A program made the translations under genes and the position numbers. From NCBI RefSeq assembly GCF_018350175.1, contig NC_058383.1, positions 22,322,001 to 22,386,000 of the forward strand: DNA of 64,000 nt, read 5' to 3'. Shown one piece after another: positions 1 through 12,244 of this stretch. This stretch comes from Felis catus. Its lineage: Eukaryota. How positions within the stretch are numbered: the stretch's first letter is position 1; the number at the start of each line of letters is the position of its first letter. The notes beneath the pieces were generated by a model. The model made no database searches. It was not told where the DNA came from and was given only the letters and a program-made list of their open reading frames with translations.

Positions 1-169
1 GGTGGAACACTTACACACAGAAAAACAGGAAAAAAAAAAAACATGGAAGGAAACATGAAATGTTGACGGTGGCGATCTCTGGTTGTAAGGATTTTGGGGG
101 TTTGTTCTTCCTTTTATAATCCTGTATTTCCCTAAGTATTCTAAAATAATAAAGCAAATATGAATTTTG

Positions 170-990
170 ATCAACTTCATGAAGTATCACTTAATACAAG
201 AAAATAGACCCTTTTGGGCACCTGGGTGGCTCAGTCAGTTGAGTGACTGACTCTTGATTTCGGCTCCAGTCATGATCCCAGGGTCACGGGATCAAGCCCC
301 ACAGTGGGCTCTGTGCTGAGGGTGGAGCCTGCTTGGCTCTCTCTCTCTCTCTCTCTCCCTCTCCCCCTCTCCCCCACTCTCACTCTCTCTCTCTAAAATA
401 AAAATACAAAAAGAAAGAAAGAAGATAGACCATTCTAGATGCACAGTTTGATGAGTTGTGACAGGTGAGTCAAACCTACGTAACTACCACCACAATCAGG
501 ACACAGAATGTTTGCACCGCGGCAGAAGCCCTCCCGTGCCCTTTTGCAATTAGCGCCCTCGCCCCGCCTCCCGCCCCCAGCACCCACTCAGCAGCTTTCT
601 CTTACTACAAATTAATGGGATCATACAGTATGGACTATTTTGTGTCTGCCTTCACTCACTCAGAGTAACGTTTTGATTATTAACAATTAATATAGCACAG
701 TTATCAGTGTCAGTAGCCAAGTCATTCTCACTGCTGAGTAGTATTTCGTTACACAGTCCTTCCAATGTTTCCTTATCCGTTCATCTGTTAACTGATGTTT
801 GGGGATTCCCCCCCCCCCCAGGTTTGTAGCCATCATGAATAAAACTGCTACAAACGTTCATTTATACATCTTTGTGTGGACACATAATTTATCTTGGTAA
901 ATACCCAGGCAGGGGGCTACTGTGTCTTATGGGAACTCTGTGTTTAACTTTGTGAGAAACTGCCGCTTCTTTCCAAAACTGTTGTACGGC
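170..990 (-). mobile_element. Old L1 (L1M/L1ME-type) 3' fragment, interrupted by a CanSINE
   Basis: Antisense L1 3'-end motifs such as 'gatgcacagtttgatgagttgtgacag' and 'atgaataaaactgctacaaacgttcatttatacatctttgtgtggaca'. Confidence 0.7.
216..418 (+). mobile_element. CanSINE (tRNA-derived carnivore SINE)
   Basis: Head 'gggcacctgggtggctcagtcagttgag', (CT)n tract and A-rich tail; degenerate TSD 'aagaaaatagacc'/'aagaagatagacc'. Confidence 0.93.
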
Positions 991-1039
991 TTTATTTTTT
1001 AGAATGGAAACAATCCAATGCATTGTTGTTGTTTTTCTA

Positions 1040-1425
1040 TAGATTTATTGGTCTGTCGGGGGTCTCAGTAGGAAATGGAATTCACCCTGGATGTTCAATT
1101 AAAGACACGAACAACTGTGGGATCCTGTCACACCACATGTCATGAAACGGTATCGACAACAACCAAGTAAGAGATGGAACCAAGGAACAGGGGCCGCTGG
1201 TCAGGAGCAGTCACTGCAGAAGGAGGCCAGAGACAGAGGGAAGGCGTGCAGGGTTGGAGGGGGCGTAAAGTACCTCGAGATCTCCCCCCTCCTGCCCTCT
1301 AGTCTCTGCTCGCCACCTCCCACTGGCCTAACCAAGGCAAAAGTCAGCCAGCAAAAGAGCCCGGGAGATGCAGGGCACAGAAGTCCACCCCAGGACACAG
1401 GGCAGGGCAGAAAAGGGCAGAGGGT
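1040..1425 (-). mobile_element. Degraded ERVL-class LTR (LTR33/LTR41-like)
   Basis: Resembles, in reverse, the LTR33-like element at 3830-4235 ('ctcccactggcctaaccaaggcaaaagtcagccagcaaaagagcccgggagatgcag'). Confidence 0.45.
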
Positions 1426-1639
1426 GGTGGTCCTAGAAAAAGCACCAAAGAAGCACTAGACACTGTCCATCCCCTGAGGAGGAGAGAAAAAGAACAAAGA
1501 TTAGATTTGCAGTCCTCTGAGATGTCAACACTCACAAACCAATGTGAGTCTTGGAAGATGGAACGATTCTATCACTATGACCACCACAGCTACAGCAATA
1601 ACTACTACTGTTTATCCCTATTACTGCTAGTAACAATAG

Positions 1640-1800
1640 CAATAACTTTATTGAGTGCTTACTATATACTCCAAGCACATGCTGTGTTTATAGCACTATC
1701 TCAGGTAAACCTCAAAAGAACCAGAGAAAGCAAGTCTATGATTATCCCTCATTTTGCATTTGAGAAAAACTGAGACTCACAGAGGTGTAAAAAACCTGCT
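1640..1800 (-). mobile_element. MIR SINE
   Basis: 'ttattgagtgcttactat...attatccctcattttgcatttgagaaaaactgagactcacagagg' is the antisense MIR core. Confidence 0.75.
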
Positions 1801-3036
1801 CTCAGGGCTCCAGAGGTTGGTGACGCCCCAAGCACTACTCCATATTGCCTCCCAAAGGCTCCATCGCTTACCCACGCTGTGCTGTGCACGAGCCACTCTG
1901 TGCCTCGTCAACTCCTCTGTGAAAAGGTCTGTCTGTCCTCCCCTCGGACCACTGGGAGAATTTAACACAACAGAGCAGTTCGGCAAACACTTTTTTGAGA
2001 CCCAGGGGTCCTGTACCACCGCGGTCTCTAACCTTGCAAGGGTTGCCACAATCCTTTCAAAGGAGGAAACGATGCCTCAGAAAGATTCCCTGCATCCTAA
2101 AGATGAAAGAGCCAGTAAGAGGCAGAGGAGGGATTTGACCTCAGGTCTTCCTGTCTCCAAAGTCATACTTCGCCCTTGGGGAAAGGAGAGGAAGGGTAAA
2201 TAATGTGCAAACGGGGTGGGTTTGGTGCCTTTACCTTGTAGATCCACGTTTTCACACGCATGTGTTTTCGTGCGGGTCTGTGGCTTACTGTCAGCAGCAC
2301 AGCTTCAAAGCTCCCAGACATCCCGCAATGATGTGCTTCCTTCCATCACCAGGCATTCGTATCTGCAGAACCCCGCGCCCCAGAGCCCAGGACTTGGGAC
2401 AGCCACCCTCTCCATTCCCACCATCCTTCCAGAACATATAAACATGAAGGGCCGAGAGGTGCCTCTACCCTTTGGTGCCTCCTGAAAGATGACACTAACC
2501 TTTGACACCTCTACTGATTTCCCAAGAAATCCAACAAGGTCTAAATACAAACACACAAGCTGCCTGCAGTCTCAAAACTCAGCATTCTTGTCACGTCTTA
2601 ATACCCTGTCATTTGAGCTACACTCACCCTCCATGCACTTTGAAATCTCTTTTGCTTTATACTCTGCCAAAAGGTTCCAATTTTTCTGTACTGGCATTGA
2701 CATGATGCAGAAAGGAACATGTGAGCCATGAGGGCTTCAAAAATAGCCTGGAACTTTTCAAGGAAGGGGACCGTAGTGGGATGACAGGCAAGCTATTCTG
2801 CATAACAAAGCACCGTGTCCCCAGAGTCAGGCACAAGCCCACCCTTCCCCACGTACACACACACACACCTATCAATCACTCCCTGAAATATCATATCTGT
2901 GGGAGGACGAGAAGATAATGGTATGATCAATGGGGCTCCAGAAAGGAAGGGTGGGGTGGACTCCATCCAGTGGGGAATCTTCTACTGACAACAGGTCAGT
3001 TATGCTTGGAGTTAACCAACTCATCATGGTAATAAG

Positions 3037-3037
<1 letters not shown>

Positions 3038-3079
<42 letters not shown>
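3038..3079. repeat. (GAT)14 microsatellite
   Basis: Perfect trinucleotide run. Confidence 0.97.
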
Positions 3080-3083
<4 letters not shown>

Positions 3084-3114
3084 GCGGGGGAGGAGGAGAA
3101 AGATGGCAACAACA

Positions 3115-3345
3115 ATAACTAACAATATTGATAAAATGCCTACTATGTGCCAGGCACTGTTCTAAGCTCTTTACATAGATAAACTCATTTAATCCCCACA
3201 AGTCAATGATGTAGGAACTACTAATAGTCCCATTTTACAGATGAGGAAAGCGAGGCATGAGAAGCTAAGTAACCTGTCAGTAAGTGACAGTCGGACTAGA
3301 ACGCAGGCTCTCACACTCCAGAGTCTTTGTTCTTACCCACTATAC
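3115..3345 (-). mobile_element. MIR SINE
   Basis: 'cctactatgtgccaggcactgttctaagc...cccattttacagatgaggaaagcgaggc'. Confidence 0.85.
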
Positions 3346-3576
3346 CTCCAGCTCATACTCCCCCAAAAGAAGCACTCATTCCAGGCCACCACTGCAGGGA
3401 AAGGAGGGGTAAGAACCCTCTTCTCTGGACTCTTATTCCCTAGGAACAGCTTGAGACCCACACCGAGCCTCAGCTTTATTGAGCACTTACTATCTACTAG
3501 GCATGTCCCTGAGGGAGTACTTTCACCCTCCCAATGACCATTTGAGGCAGGCTGCCATATTAATTCCTCCACTTTC

Positions 3577-3797
3577 TTTTTTTAAAAAAATGTTTATGTA
3601 TTTTTGAGAGAGAGACAGACAGAGACAGAGAGTGAGTGGGGAAGGGGCAGAGAGAGAGGGAGACACGGAATCTGAAACAGGCTCCAGGCTCTGAGCTGTC
3701 AGCACAGAGCCCAACGCGGGGCTCCAACTCACAAACCACGAGATGGTGACCTGAGCTGAAGTCGGACACTTAACCGATGGAGCCACCCAGGTGCCCC
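3577..3797 (-). mobile_element. CanSINE (SINEC_Fc-like)
   Basis: Reverse head 'gagccacccaggtgcccc', (GA)n and T-rich tail; TSD 'tccactttc'. Confidence 0.95.
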
Positions 3798-3829
3798 GCT
3801 TCCACTTTCAAGATAAGGAAACTGAGGAT

Positions 3830-4235
3830 CAGTGTGCTGGTTTCCCCTCATCTTCCCTCGGCATCCATTCTTCCCCTGACTGCTGTGTTCTGAGCCCTGG
3901 GAGGCTGACCCCTGCAGAATTAATCCAATTCCCCTTGCCTCTGGGTTTCCAACTGGGCTCAGCCAATGGGTGAGACCGACAGGTGACTGGAGAGGAGAGA
4001 GGCTGGGGTATTTCTTCCCTTTCCTCCTTGCCTTGGTTCTGCCATGTGGGAAGCAGTCGCATCCCTCCAGAACCACCATACCTGCTGGTGGTCCCTTCAT
4101 CCTCAGCTCTAATAGACCCCAGACTATTTCCTCCACTTGCATCTTCCTCCTGAGAGATGTTAAATAATCCCATCAAGTTTTCTTCATTCGAGCCACCCAA
4201 GTGATTTCTGTTTGCTGCTAGGATCCTGCAGGTAT
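3830..4235 (+). mobile_element. ERVL LTR (LTR33-like)
   Basis: 'gctgacccctgcag...ccccttgcctctgggtttccaactgggctcagccaatggg...ggctggggtatttcttccc' matches recalled LTR33 motifs. Confidence 0.6.
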
Positions 4236-4714
4236 AATCACAGAGACAGAGCAACTTGCCCAGAGTTACACCACTAGTGAAAGGCAGATCAGACAGATGG
4301 GTTTGAGCCTGGAGCCCACTGTCTCCAGCACTCTGCCGTGCAGCTTTCCTCAGAATAGGGGGGACTAGTCCTAAGTCCTCTGAAGGCAGGGCCAGTAGCA
4401 TAAATGCGTCAAGCATGTAGATAAAGTGCAATAGGGAGTGGTGGAGACTGAGGCAAACCAGAGGGCACATGCCCCACTTACAGGTAACCACACATAAAAG
4501 CAAACACTGTGCAAACAAAAAGTAGCTCCATGACTATTTCTCACATTTTCCCAGGAACCTCACCACTCACTCTCCAGAAACCTCCTGCTGCTAGAAATTG
4601 TTCCTGACTGCACCCTAAAGTTCTTTGCACCTCAGTCCTATTCCCAGTCCTTCCCACACAGGCTTTTAGATCTATTCTCCACTTTTAAAAAAGAGTCAGG
4701 CAACAAAGATAATT

Positions 4715-4820
4715 AATTCCTTGGCTTCAAAGGCTTCTTCCCCGACCCAACGCATTTTCTCCGCATCAATTCCTTGGCTTCAAGGGCTTCTTCCCCGACC
4801 CAGCGCATTTTCTCCGCATC
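4715..4820. repeat. Tandem duplication, 2 x 53 bp
   Basis: 'aattccttggcttcaaaggcttcttccccgacccaacgcattttctccgcatc' repeated head-to-tail with 2 mismatches. Confidence 0.95.
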
Positions 4821-6837
4821 TGGGCCACCATCCTATGCCCCCCGCAGGCGATAACCAGGAAGCTGCTTCTGTCTCCCTTGTTGTCGGCTCTTTGGGGGCT
4901 GGGAACCCAGCTACACCTGCTGTCCAAAGGAAGGATGAGAGAAGAAGTGTTAGGACCCGTTGCCCACGGTCTGCAGCATAGCAGCATCATCTGCGCTGCG
5001 GGCAGAAAAGGCCACAAGAATCTCCGCACGTGAGAGAGGAAGGAGGCACTCTGCGCCACTGACCTTGAATGAAGTCAGACAGCTGCCGGTTTACAGAGCA
5101 GAGGCACCTCTCGCCCCAGAGCTATTTGCAGGCATATCTCACAGCAGGGGCTGCAAACTGGTGGCCCTCAGGCTCCTGGGCTCCCTCTGCGCTGTGCTTC
5201 ATAAAACGATATGAAACCACTGCCAGTACGTATAAGATAGGAGAGCTTACAATTTTTAAAAATCTAAGTTGCTGGCTTTCGTTTCCCCAAATTAGAAGTT
5301 ATAGCACCAATGGGTCCATATTCTCCCACGGTGACAAGGCCGATGGACCCGAGTTCAGTAAAATGCGAAGTCCAAGGGGGCAGGGGATTTGTCTGGTTCA
5401 TTTGCTGCTGTGCTGTATCCTCGTGCCCAGAACCATGTCTGGCACACGCAAGATACTCAACGAACATGTTGTGAGCGAATGAGTAATTGACTCATGAGTA
5501 AACGGCAAACTTTATTCTCCACTTTACCAGCAATCCCTACTGGGTTTAAGTCACTTGTTAATTGCCTTTCCAAGCCTCTGCAGACCCCCAGCTCTTAGTG
5601 AGAGATTTAAAGGCAGGCAATACATAGCCCCTGCTCCTTGGAAATGAAAGATCCAGAACAGGGAATCATCACCACCACCACCAGCACCACCCTCCATCAT
5701 CATCCCTTTTGGAGCAGGTACCGTGAGCCAAGCGCCATTCTGAATGTTTTGCACGTGTCGGTTCTTTTAATCCTCCCAAAAGCCATATGGTAGGTCTCAT
5801 TATTGTCCTTTCTATGCAGAAGAGGAAGTGAGGCAGGGGAAGGTGAATGAACTCATCCAAGATTAGGTAGCAGCAGGTAGGAGAAGGCAGGACTCAAAAC
5901 CCGGCGGCCCAGCCCCATAGCACGTGCAAAATAAACACGTGATGATAAAGCCAGGCCGTGAAAGACCCTGTGGCTCTAGTCTTCACAGCCCCAAAGAAAC
6001 GACTCCCAGTGCAAAGAGATGGGATCCTGTGACGTGATGGCTGTGAGCAGTGACAGACCAGATTCATTTAACGCAACTTCAATGTGATTCAGCCAGAAGC
6101 CACTTCAAGCAGACACTTCCGGGAGAAGCCATCTGAGAAGGTGCTTCAAAAAACACATTTTCCCTCAGCCTCTGGCTTCGTGACTAAAGATACCCCCCCC
6201 CCCCGGTCCTCTTTGTTTTGCTGAGACAAGCATATCAAATCACAGATGGTGTCGACTCGGACGCTGGGGCTGCAGTGGCCGAGAGAGATCATTCAAGCTT
6301 GGCCGACCTACTTGGACCCAAGAGCCTCAGCAGTAGAGCAGCAGAGCTTCGTGGTGACACGGCATCAGAAAGGGAGCGTCAAGCCCAAGGGTGCCATACA
6401 GCAGCTGAAGTTAGCAGCTGGACAAGGGGGGAAGGGCGCGATAAACAAATGTCTGGCTGCAGCGGGGACAGGGGAGGTACCCTCTCTGCATGTCGGCAGC
6501 TTCCAAGAGGGCGGAGGGGTGGGGCGGAAGGTTTAGGAAACACGCAGACTGCCTCAGCCTGAGATCCAGCTCCACGCTCACACCAGCTACGCCACCTCCT
6601 GCCCAGGCAACGTCCCTCGGAAGGGCCTCTGTTTCCTCATTGGTGCGATGGAGCTGATCGGATTTTTCTTTCTGCTCAGAAAGTCAGGAATTTATTTATT
6701 TACCCATTCCTTGCACACCACCCATGTACGGAATGTCTACTGTGGGCCAGGCGCTGCCCCAGACAGCAGAGTAAATGACACACAAGACTGAGGAGGTCTT
6801 GCCCTCCTGGAGGTTCTGGTATAAAATCCCCGTCCCA

Positions 6838-7081
6838 GGGGGCACCTGGGTGGCTCAGTCAGTTAAGCGGCCGACTTCAGCTCAGGTCATGATCTCGTGG
6901 TCCGTGAGTTCGAGCCCCGCGTTGGGCTCTGTGCTGACAGCTCCGAGCCTGGAGCCTGCTTCAGATTCTGTGTCTCCCTCTCTCTGACCCTCCCCTGTTC
7001 ATGCTCTGTCTCTCCCTGTCTCAAAGGTAAATAAAAAACGTTAAAAAAAAATTTAAAAAAAAAATAATAAAATAAAATAAA
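6838..7081 (+). mobile_element. CanSINE (SINEC_Fc-like)
   Basis: Full head, body and tail; TSD 'ataaaatccccgtcccag' at 6821 and 7082. Confidence 0.96.
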
Positions 7082-7232
7082 ATAAAATCCCCGTCCCAGT
7101 TTCTCATCCGGGATGGAGGGAACGAGACCTACTTGGAAAGGCTATTTAGAGAAGTAAAGTTATGTTATTTTTATATAAATAAAAAATAGAAATCATCTAC
7201 TTAACACCATCAAGTGTCAGGCAATGTTCTAG

Positions 7233-7450
7233 ACCAGAGGTCGGCAAACGTTTCCTTCAAGGATAAAGGAGTGATTATTTTAGGCTCTGCAAGACCACAC
7301 GGTGGCTGTTGCCACGACTCCATTCTGTCCTGGGAGAGCAAAAGCAGCCACAGATGACACACATAGAAACGAACAGGCTCGGCTGTGTTTCCATACAATT
7401 CTGTTTGCAATCCAGTCAGCGGATCCGCGAGCCACTGCATGCGACTCTGA
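7233..7450 (+). mobile_element. MER58-like hAT-Charlie MITE
   Basis: 'cagaggtcggcaaac...tattttaggctctgcaagaccacacgg...gcaaaagcagccacagatgac...ggctgtgtttcc'. Confidence 0.7.
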
Positions 7451-8315
7451 TCGAGACCGGCACCACCCAGGAGCAGGTGGGGCAAGGACGGAATCATTGC
7501 ATCGCCCACTTGAAATGTGACTGGTGTCGCCGAGAACCTGAATCTCTTCATTTTATTTAACTTTAAGATTTCAGTGGAAGGAACCACAGGCGGCTCGTGG
7601 CCGCCACAGCTCACAGTACGGATCCGGGTGCCCGGTAACTCCTTTCATCCTCAAAGCAGCCCTGAAGCAGGCAAAGTGCTAGCACACTGTCACCAGCGGA
7701 TGTGTGATAAGCCAGAGAGAAGGTGCCGCTCTTGCTGATGGCGAGGATGATGTCTGGGCAGCGTTTGAAGAGAAGGGCTCAAGCCAAGGGCAGGGCCCGA
7801 GGAGGACCCATTCCCGCAGTCAGCAAGAAGGAGGAACATCATGTAGACAGCACCAACACCTACTTGAGACAAAATGAGAAAACGGGAACACCTTGTGTGG
7901 CAGCCCCAGGCAGCCCTTGGAACTCCTCGGAAACACACCCCTCGCTAACCTTAATGAGGCTCTTCCCCAGGAGAGGCACGGCCACCCCCCTTAGATCAAA
8001 CAGGCAAACAAGTGCCTGCGACTCTCCACCTAACCGGGCCCCCCAGCGACATCAGAGAAGACCACCTCCCTCCACAACGGGGATGGCTTCCACCCCCAAC
8101 AGAAACTGCCCTCCCCACCTCGAGGGAAATAATGAGCTTGCTACTCCTAACTGATGTGCAGCAAAGGAAGCGTCGAAGACTCTTTTCATTTTGTTCTTCA
8201 AGTTTCTAAAATGCAAGTTGCAACTATCCAGTGAACCCCACTATGCTTCCGGGTTCTGTTCTGGACCAATAATAAGACCTATCATTGGCTGAGAATTTAT
8301 ATGTGCTGGACACTA

Positions 8316-8522
8316 GGGGCGCCTGGGTGGCTCAGTCGGTTAAGCATCCGACTTCAGCTCAGGTCATGATCTCACAGCTCGTGAGTTCAAGCCCCGCACT
8401 GGGCTCTGTGCTGACAGCTCGGAGCCTGGAGCCTGCTTTGGGTTCTGTGTCTCCGTCTCTCTCTCTGCCCTTCCTCTGCTCATGCTCTCTCTCTCAAAAA
8501 TAAATAAACATTAAGAAAAATT
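8316..8522 (+). mobile_element. CanSINE (first of a tandem pair)
   Basis: Head 'ggggcgcctgggtggctcagtcggttaagc'; tail 'aaaaataaataaac'. Confidence 0.96.
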
Positions 8523-8536
8523 TTAATAATATATTA

Positions 8537-8705
8537 GGGGCACCTGGGCGGTTCAGTCAGTTAAGTGTCTGACTTTGACTCAGGTCATGATCCCTTGGTT
8601 TGTGAGTTCGAGCCCCGCGTCAGGCTCTGTGCTGACAGCTCGGAGCCTACAGCCTGCTTCAGATTCTGTGTCTCCCCCTCTCTGCCCCTCCCCCACTTGT
8701 ACTCT

Positions 8706-8741
<36 letters not shown>

Positions 8742-8761
8742 AGTAAATAAACATAAAAAAA
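8537..8761 (+). mobile_element. CanSINE (second of a tandem pair)
   Basis: Head 'ggggcacctgggcggttcagtcagttaag', (CT)n and A tail. Confidence 0.95.
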
Positions 8762-8829
8762 TTTTATATGTGCTGGACACTGGATAAAGTACAATAATAT
8801 TCCTAGTAAGTAGAAATAATCATAGTTAG

Positions 8830-9060
8830 CACTCATTCAATGTTTACCACATGTCAGGGACCGGGCTGAGCACTTCTGCGAGATCACCACATACTCCTCT
8901 CGGCCACTCAGTGAGTGGCGGATTTTCGTTATCTCCATTTTAGAGATGAGAAAACTGAGGTGTGGTGAGAGCTGAAGGAACATGCCCACGTTCTCACAGC
9001 TCAGAAGGGGGCCAGAATGGATTCACGCCCTGGTTGTCAGACACTAGCGCAAGCTCATAA
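8830..9060 (-). mobile_element. MIR SINE
   Basis: 'ttatctccattttagagatgagaaaactgagg' core. Confidence 0.75.
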
Positions 9061-9261
9061 TTACAAGTCCGGACTGCTAAAGATGTAATGGCAGACAAGA
9101 CAGACAGGGCCCTGCTCTGAGGCGAAAGACAGACAACAGAACAGGTCGGTTAAAAGTCTGGGTCAGAAGCAAAGTGGTCGTGGAGCACGAGGAAGCATAT
9201 CTAACCCAGACTTGGCAGAGAAGGGTAATCAGGATAGAAGTCCCTTAGAAGCTAAGGTCCA

Positions 9262-9476
9262 GGGGTGACTGGGTGGCTCAGTTGGTGAAGTGTCCAACTT
9301 CGGCTCAGGTTATGATCTCACGGTTCATGGGTTCAAGCCCTGCCTTGGGCTCTGCGCTGACAGCTCAGAGCCTGGAGCCTGCTTCAGATTCTGTGTCTCC
9401 CTCTCTCTCTCTGCCCCTCCCCAGCTCATGCTCTGTTTCTCAAATTAAATAAAAATGTTAAAAAAAAAAAAAAAAA
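9262..9476 (+). mobile_element. CanSINE
   Basis: Typical head and body with long A tail; TSD 'agaagctaaggtcca', whose 3' copy is split by (CAG)6. Confidence 0.95.
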
Positions 9477-9959
9477 GAAGCAGCAGCAGCAGCAGCAGCT
9501 AAGGTCCAAAGCAGGGGGTGGGGGTGGGAAGGGGGATTCACCAATCAAAGAGCATGCCAGAGGGGTTCCAGAACAGGAAAAGCACATGCAAAAACCCAGA
9601 GAGTGCGTAAAACATTCAAGGAACCACAAGCAGCATAATATGGCTGGAAACCAGTCTGGGAGGACAAAGAGATGGAAACCCAAGTGGCCCCATGGTTAAA
9701 AACAGAGACGTCAGGAAAAGGAACCAGGTGGGAGGTGGCCACGCTTGGGGCATGTTGAATTTCAGGTCTGAATGGTACCACTAAATGGAAATGCCTAACT
9801 TAAGAGGATGGGGAAACCGAAGCTACAACTCAGAAGTGAAGTCAGGACTGGAGATAGGAGTTCAGAGTCTGCAAGAGCAAAAATAGGAGATAATCCACAG
9901 AGACAGAGAAAAGCAGAGTGCTGGGCCCAGAGACTTGGCACTCGGACATGCGATGTTTC

Positions 9960-10425
9960 TGCCGGGCCGGCATCCATCCCGTCATGTCACAGCACTCTGG
10001 TTTTTCTTTGGGAAACCACCTGTTCCCACTCTCAGTCCTTGCGGTTCAGGCAGACCTATCTTGGCCCCCAGGGTGATTAGGTAACCCAGCTTGGTACACG
10101 ATCCAACACAGGCCAATGAAAACGATACTGAAAATTCCTACAGGGACTCTCAGGTAAGAGGTATTCCCATTCCATTGATGCAGCTAATGGAAGTTGCTGG
10201 AAAATAAATTTGGATCCGCCAGTTACCACCGCCTCATCAGGGAAGAACATGCCTGAGAATAAAACAACACACGGGAAAGCAGAGTCATGATGCGGGCAGA
10301 GTCAGTCGGTTGGTCACCACCTGAATACCTGGATCCCACCATCCCTGAAGCCAGGACACATACCCGAGATTCCCAATTAAGTGAGCAAGTAATGTGTTTT
10401 TTGAGTTGCAGAACCATCATCTGCA
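9960..10425 (+). mobile_element. Old MaLR LTR (MLT1J/K-like)
   Basis: 'tttctttgggaaaccacctgttcccactctcagtcc...cacaggccaatga...ctggatcccaccatccctgaagccagg...ttcccaattaagtgagc'. Confidence 0.55.
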
Positions 10426-11144
10426 AGTGAAATACTGCGACACCGGAGGTACCTAAAATCGGGCGGCCAAACAAAAAAGAACCAGTGAACGAGGAAGGAA
10501 AGTAGCCACGAGAGCACAGACGATCTCACCAGGTGTCACAGAACCCAAAAGGGGGAGGTTTTCGAGATGCGACAAGCCATCAATAGTGTCAAAGGCCACA
10601 GGGAGGATGAAGACATAAAGGCTGTTGCATCTAGTGAGGATCTTGGTGCGATCGTTCGGGAATCTCCCAGAAGCAGGTCCTAAGCCGTGGGCGGAAGTAC
10701 ACATAGTTCATTTGAGAGGCGAGTTCAGGAACACTGGTAGAGGGTTGCGAAGTAAGACAGAGAGGAGAAGGAAGCCTACGGAGGATGCGTTCCCAAGCCA
10801 ACTCCCATCTCTCACTGGCTGAGGGCTGCTCCTGGACTGGGAGCGGGGGCATGAAATCCCCCAGCCCCCACACCTCAGCCCGGCACACCTGTGGACAGAA
10901 CGCGCCGAGGGCCAGAGCAAGCCCTCAGGCAAAAACATGCAGGTGCTGCCAGGCGGAGTCAGGGCAGAACGCAGTGAAATGGAAGGCCATGCGCCCCAAC
11001 GGTGTCTGCCTCAGCACGACCCTCTGTACCTCAGTGTCCTCTCTGTGAAATGGGGGGAGTCGCCTAGAACTGCTGCGGAAACAAATCCAAGTCAGTACTT
11101 AGCCTGGCCCCTGGGAGACAGTGCTCACACAGCCCTGATAACCA

Positions 11145-11609
11145 CAGGCACACCTCATTTTATTGTTCTTCACTCTATTGTGGGTCACGGGTTTTTTCGT
11201 GTGTTTTCACGAATTGAAGGTTTTGGCAACCTTGCATCGAGCAAGTCCATCAGCACCACTTTTCCAACAGTACTTGGTCACTCTGTGTCTCTGGGTCACA
11301 TTTTGGCCATTCCCACAGTATTTCAAAGTTTTTCATTCCTATGTGATGGCAACCTTGCGATCGGTGCTTACAACTCACTGAAAGCTCAGATGATGGTCGG
11401 CATCTTTTGGCAGCAAAAGCTTCTATTGAGGGATGTCATCGTTTTTACAGACATATTGTTATTGTACACTTAGCAGACTATAGTATCGCGTGAACATAAC
11501 TTTTATATACACCGGGAAACCCAAAACTTCATTTGACTCTCTTTACTGCAATATTTGCTTTACTGCAGGGGTCTGGAACTGAACCCCTAACCTCTCTGAG
11601 GTATGCCCG
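11145..11609 (+). mobile_element. Tigger1-derived non-autonomous DNA transposon (Tigger1a-like)
   Basis: TIR-like ends 'caggcacacctc' and 'gaggtatgcccg'; internal 'ttggcaaccttgcatcgagcaagtccatcagcaccacttttccaacag'. Confidence 0.85.
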
Positions 11610-11911
11610 TGTTTTTACTCTTGGTGACCACTGCGGGAGTGATTCCTATATACAAAGTTAGAGAAAACGGGACCCAGTGAAGAAGTGGCATCAGAGAATG
11701 CAGACGGACAATCGTGGACAGCAGCAAACCCAGGACACTCCGGCTGGATAAATGAGAATCACTACTATTCTATTTAACCAGCAAGCAAGCTTGTGTCCAT
11801 TGGTGTGCAAAAGTCATCGATTTAGCAAAAAGGCTTTTTTGCCAGGTGCTGCCTTTTCACCCATCCCTTTGCAAAACATCAGTTATGCCCACTGTTAAAA
11901 ACAAAACAGCA

Positions 11912-12130
11912 GGGGCGCCTGGGTGGCGCAGTCGGTTAAGCGTCTGACTTCAGCCAGGTCATGATCTCGCGGTCCGTGAGTTCAAGCCCCGCGTCGGGCT
12001 CTGGGCTGATGGCTCAGAGCCTGGAGCCTGTTTCCGATTCTGTGTCTCCCTCTCTCTCTGCCCCTCCCCCGTTCATGCTCTGTCTCTCTCTGTCCCAAAA
12101 ATAAATAAACGTTGAAAAAAAAAATTAAAA
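11912..12130 (+). mobile_element. Young felid CanSINE (SINEC_Fc)
   Basis: Diagnostic 'ggcgcagtcggttaagcg...ctctgggctgatggctcagagcctggagcctgtttccgattc'; TSD 'aaaaacaaaacagca'. Confidence 0.97.
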
Positions 12131-12244
12131 AAAAAACAAAACAGCAAAAACAAAAACCAAAAAACAGCAACAGTACATTCATCCTGTGTCTTTGGTCCTA
12201 TCCTGGAAGTTGCATAAGTGAAAGCTTTAGAAAGATCAGATGCA

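Noticed and set aside
2930..3118. Poly-Asp/poly-Ser ORFs here and HPSI/MDGW-repeat ORFs near 37760-38080
   Set aside because: These are translations of (GAT)n and (GGAT)n simple repeats.
3829..4518. 229-aa minus-strand ORF
   Set aside because: It runs across an LTR33-like element and MIR-like sequence, has a non-ATG start and shows no recognisable domain.
6775..6987. Recurring 'WVAQSVKRPTSAQVMIS...' ORFs (many copies in the window) as a gene family
   Set aside because: These are translations of CanSINE bodies.
10937..11473. 178-aa ORF
   Set aside because: It is mostly read through the non-autonomous Tigger1a-like element.
11912..11990. tRNA gene calls from A-box/B-box-like sequence
   Set aside because: These are tRNA-derived SINE heads followed by a SINE body, (CT)n, A tail and TSD.
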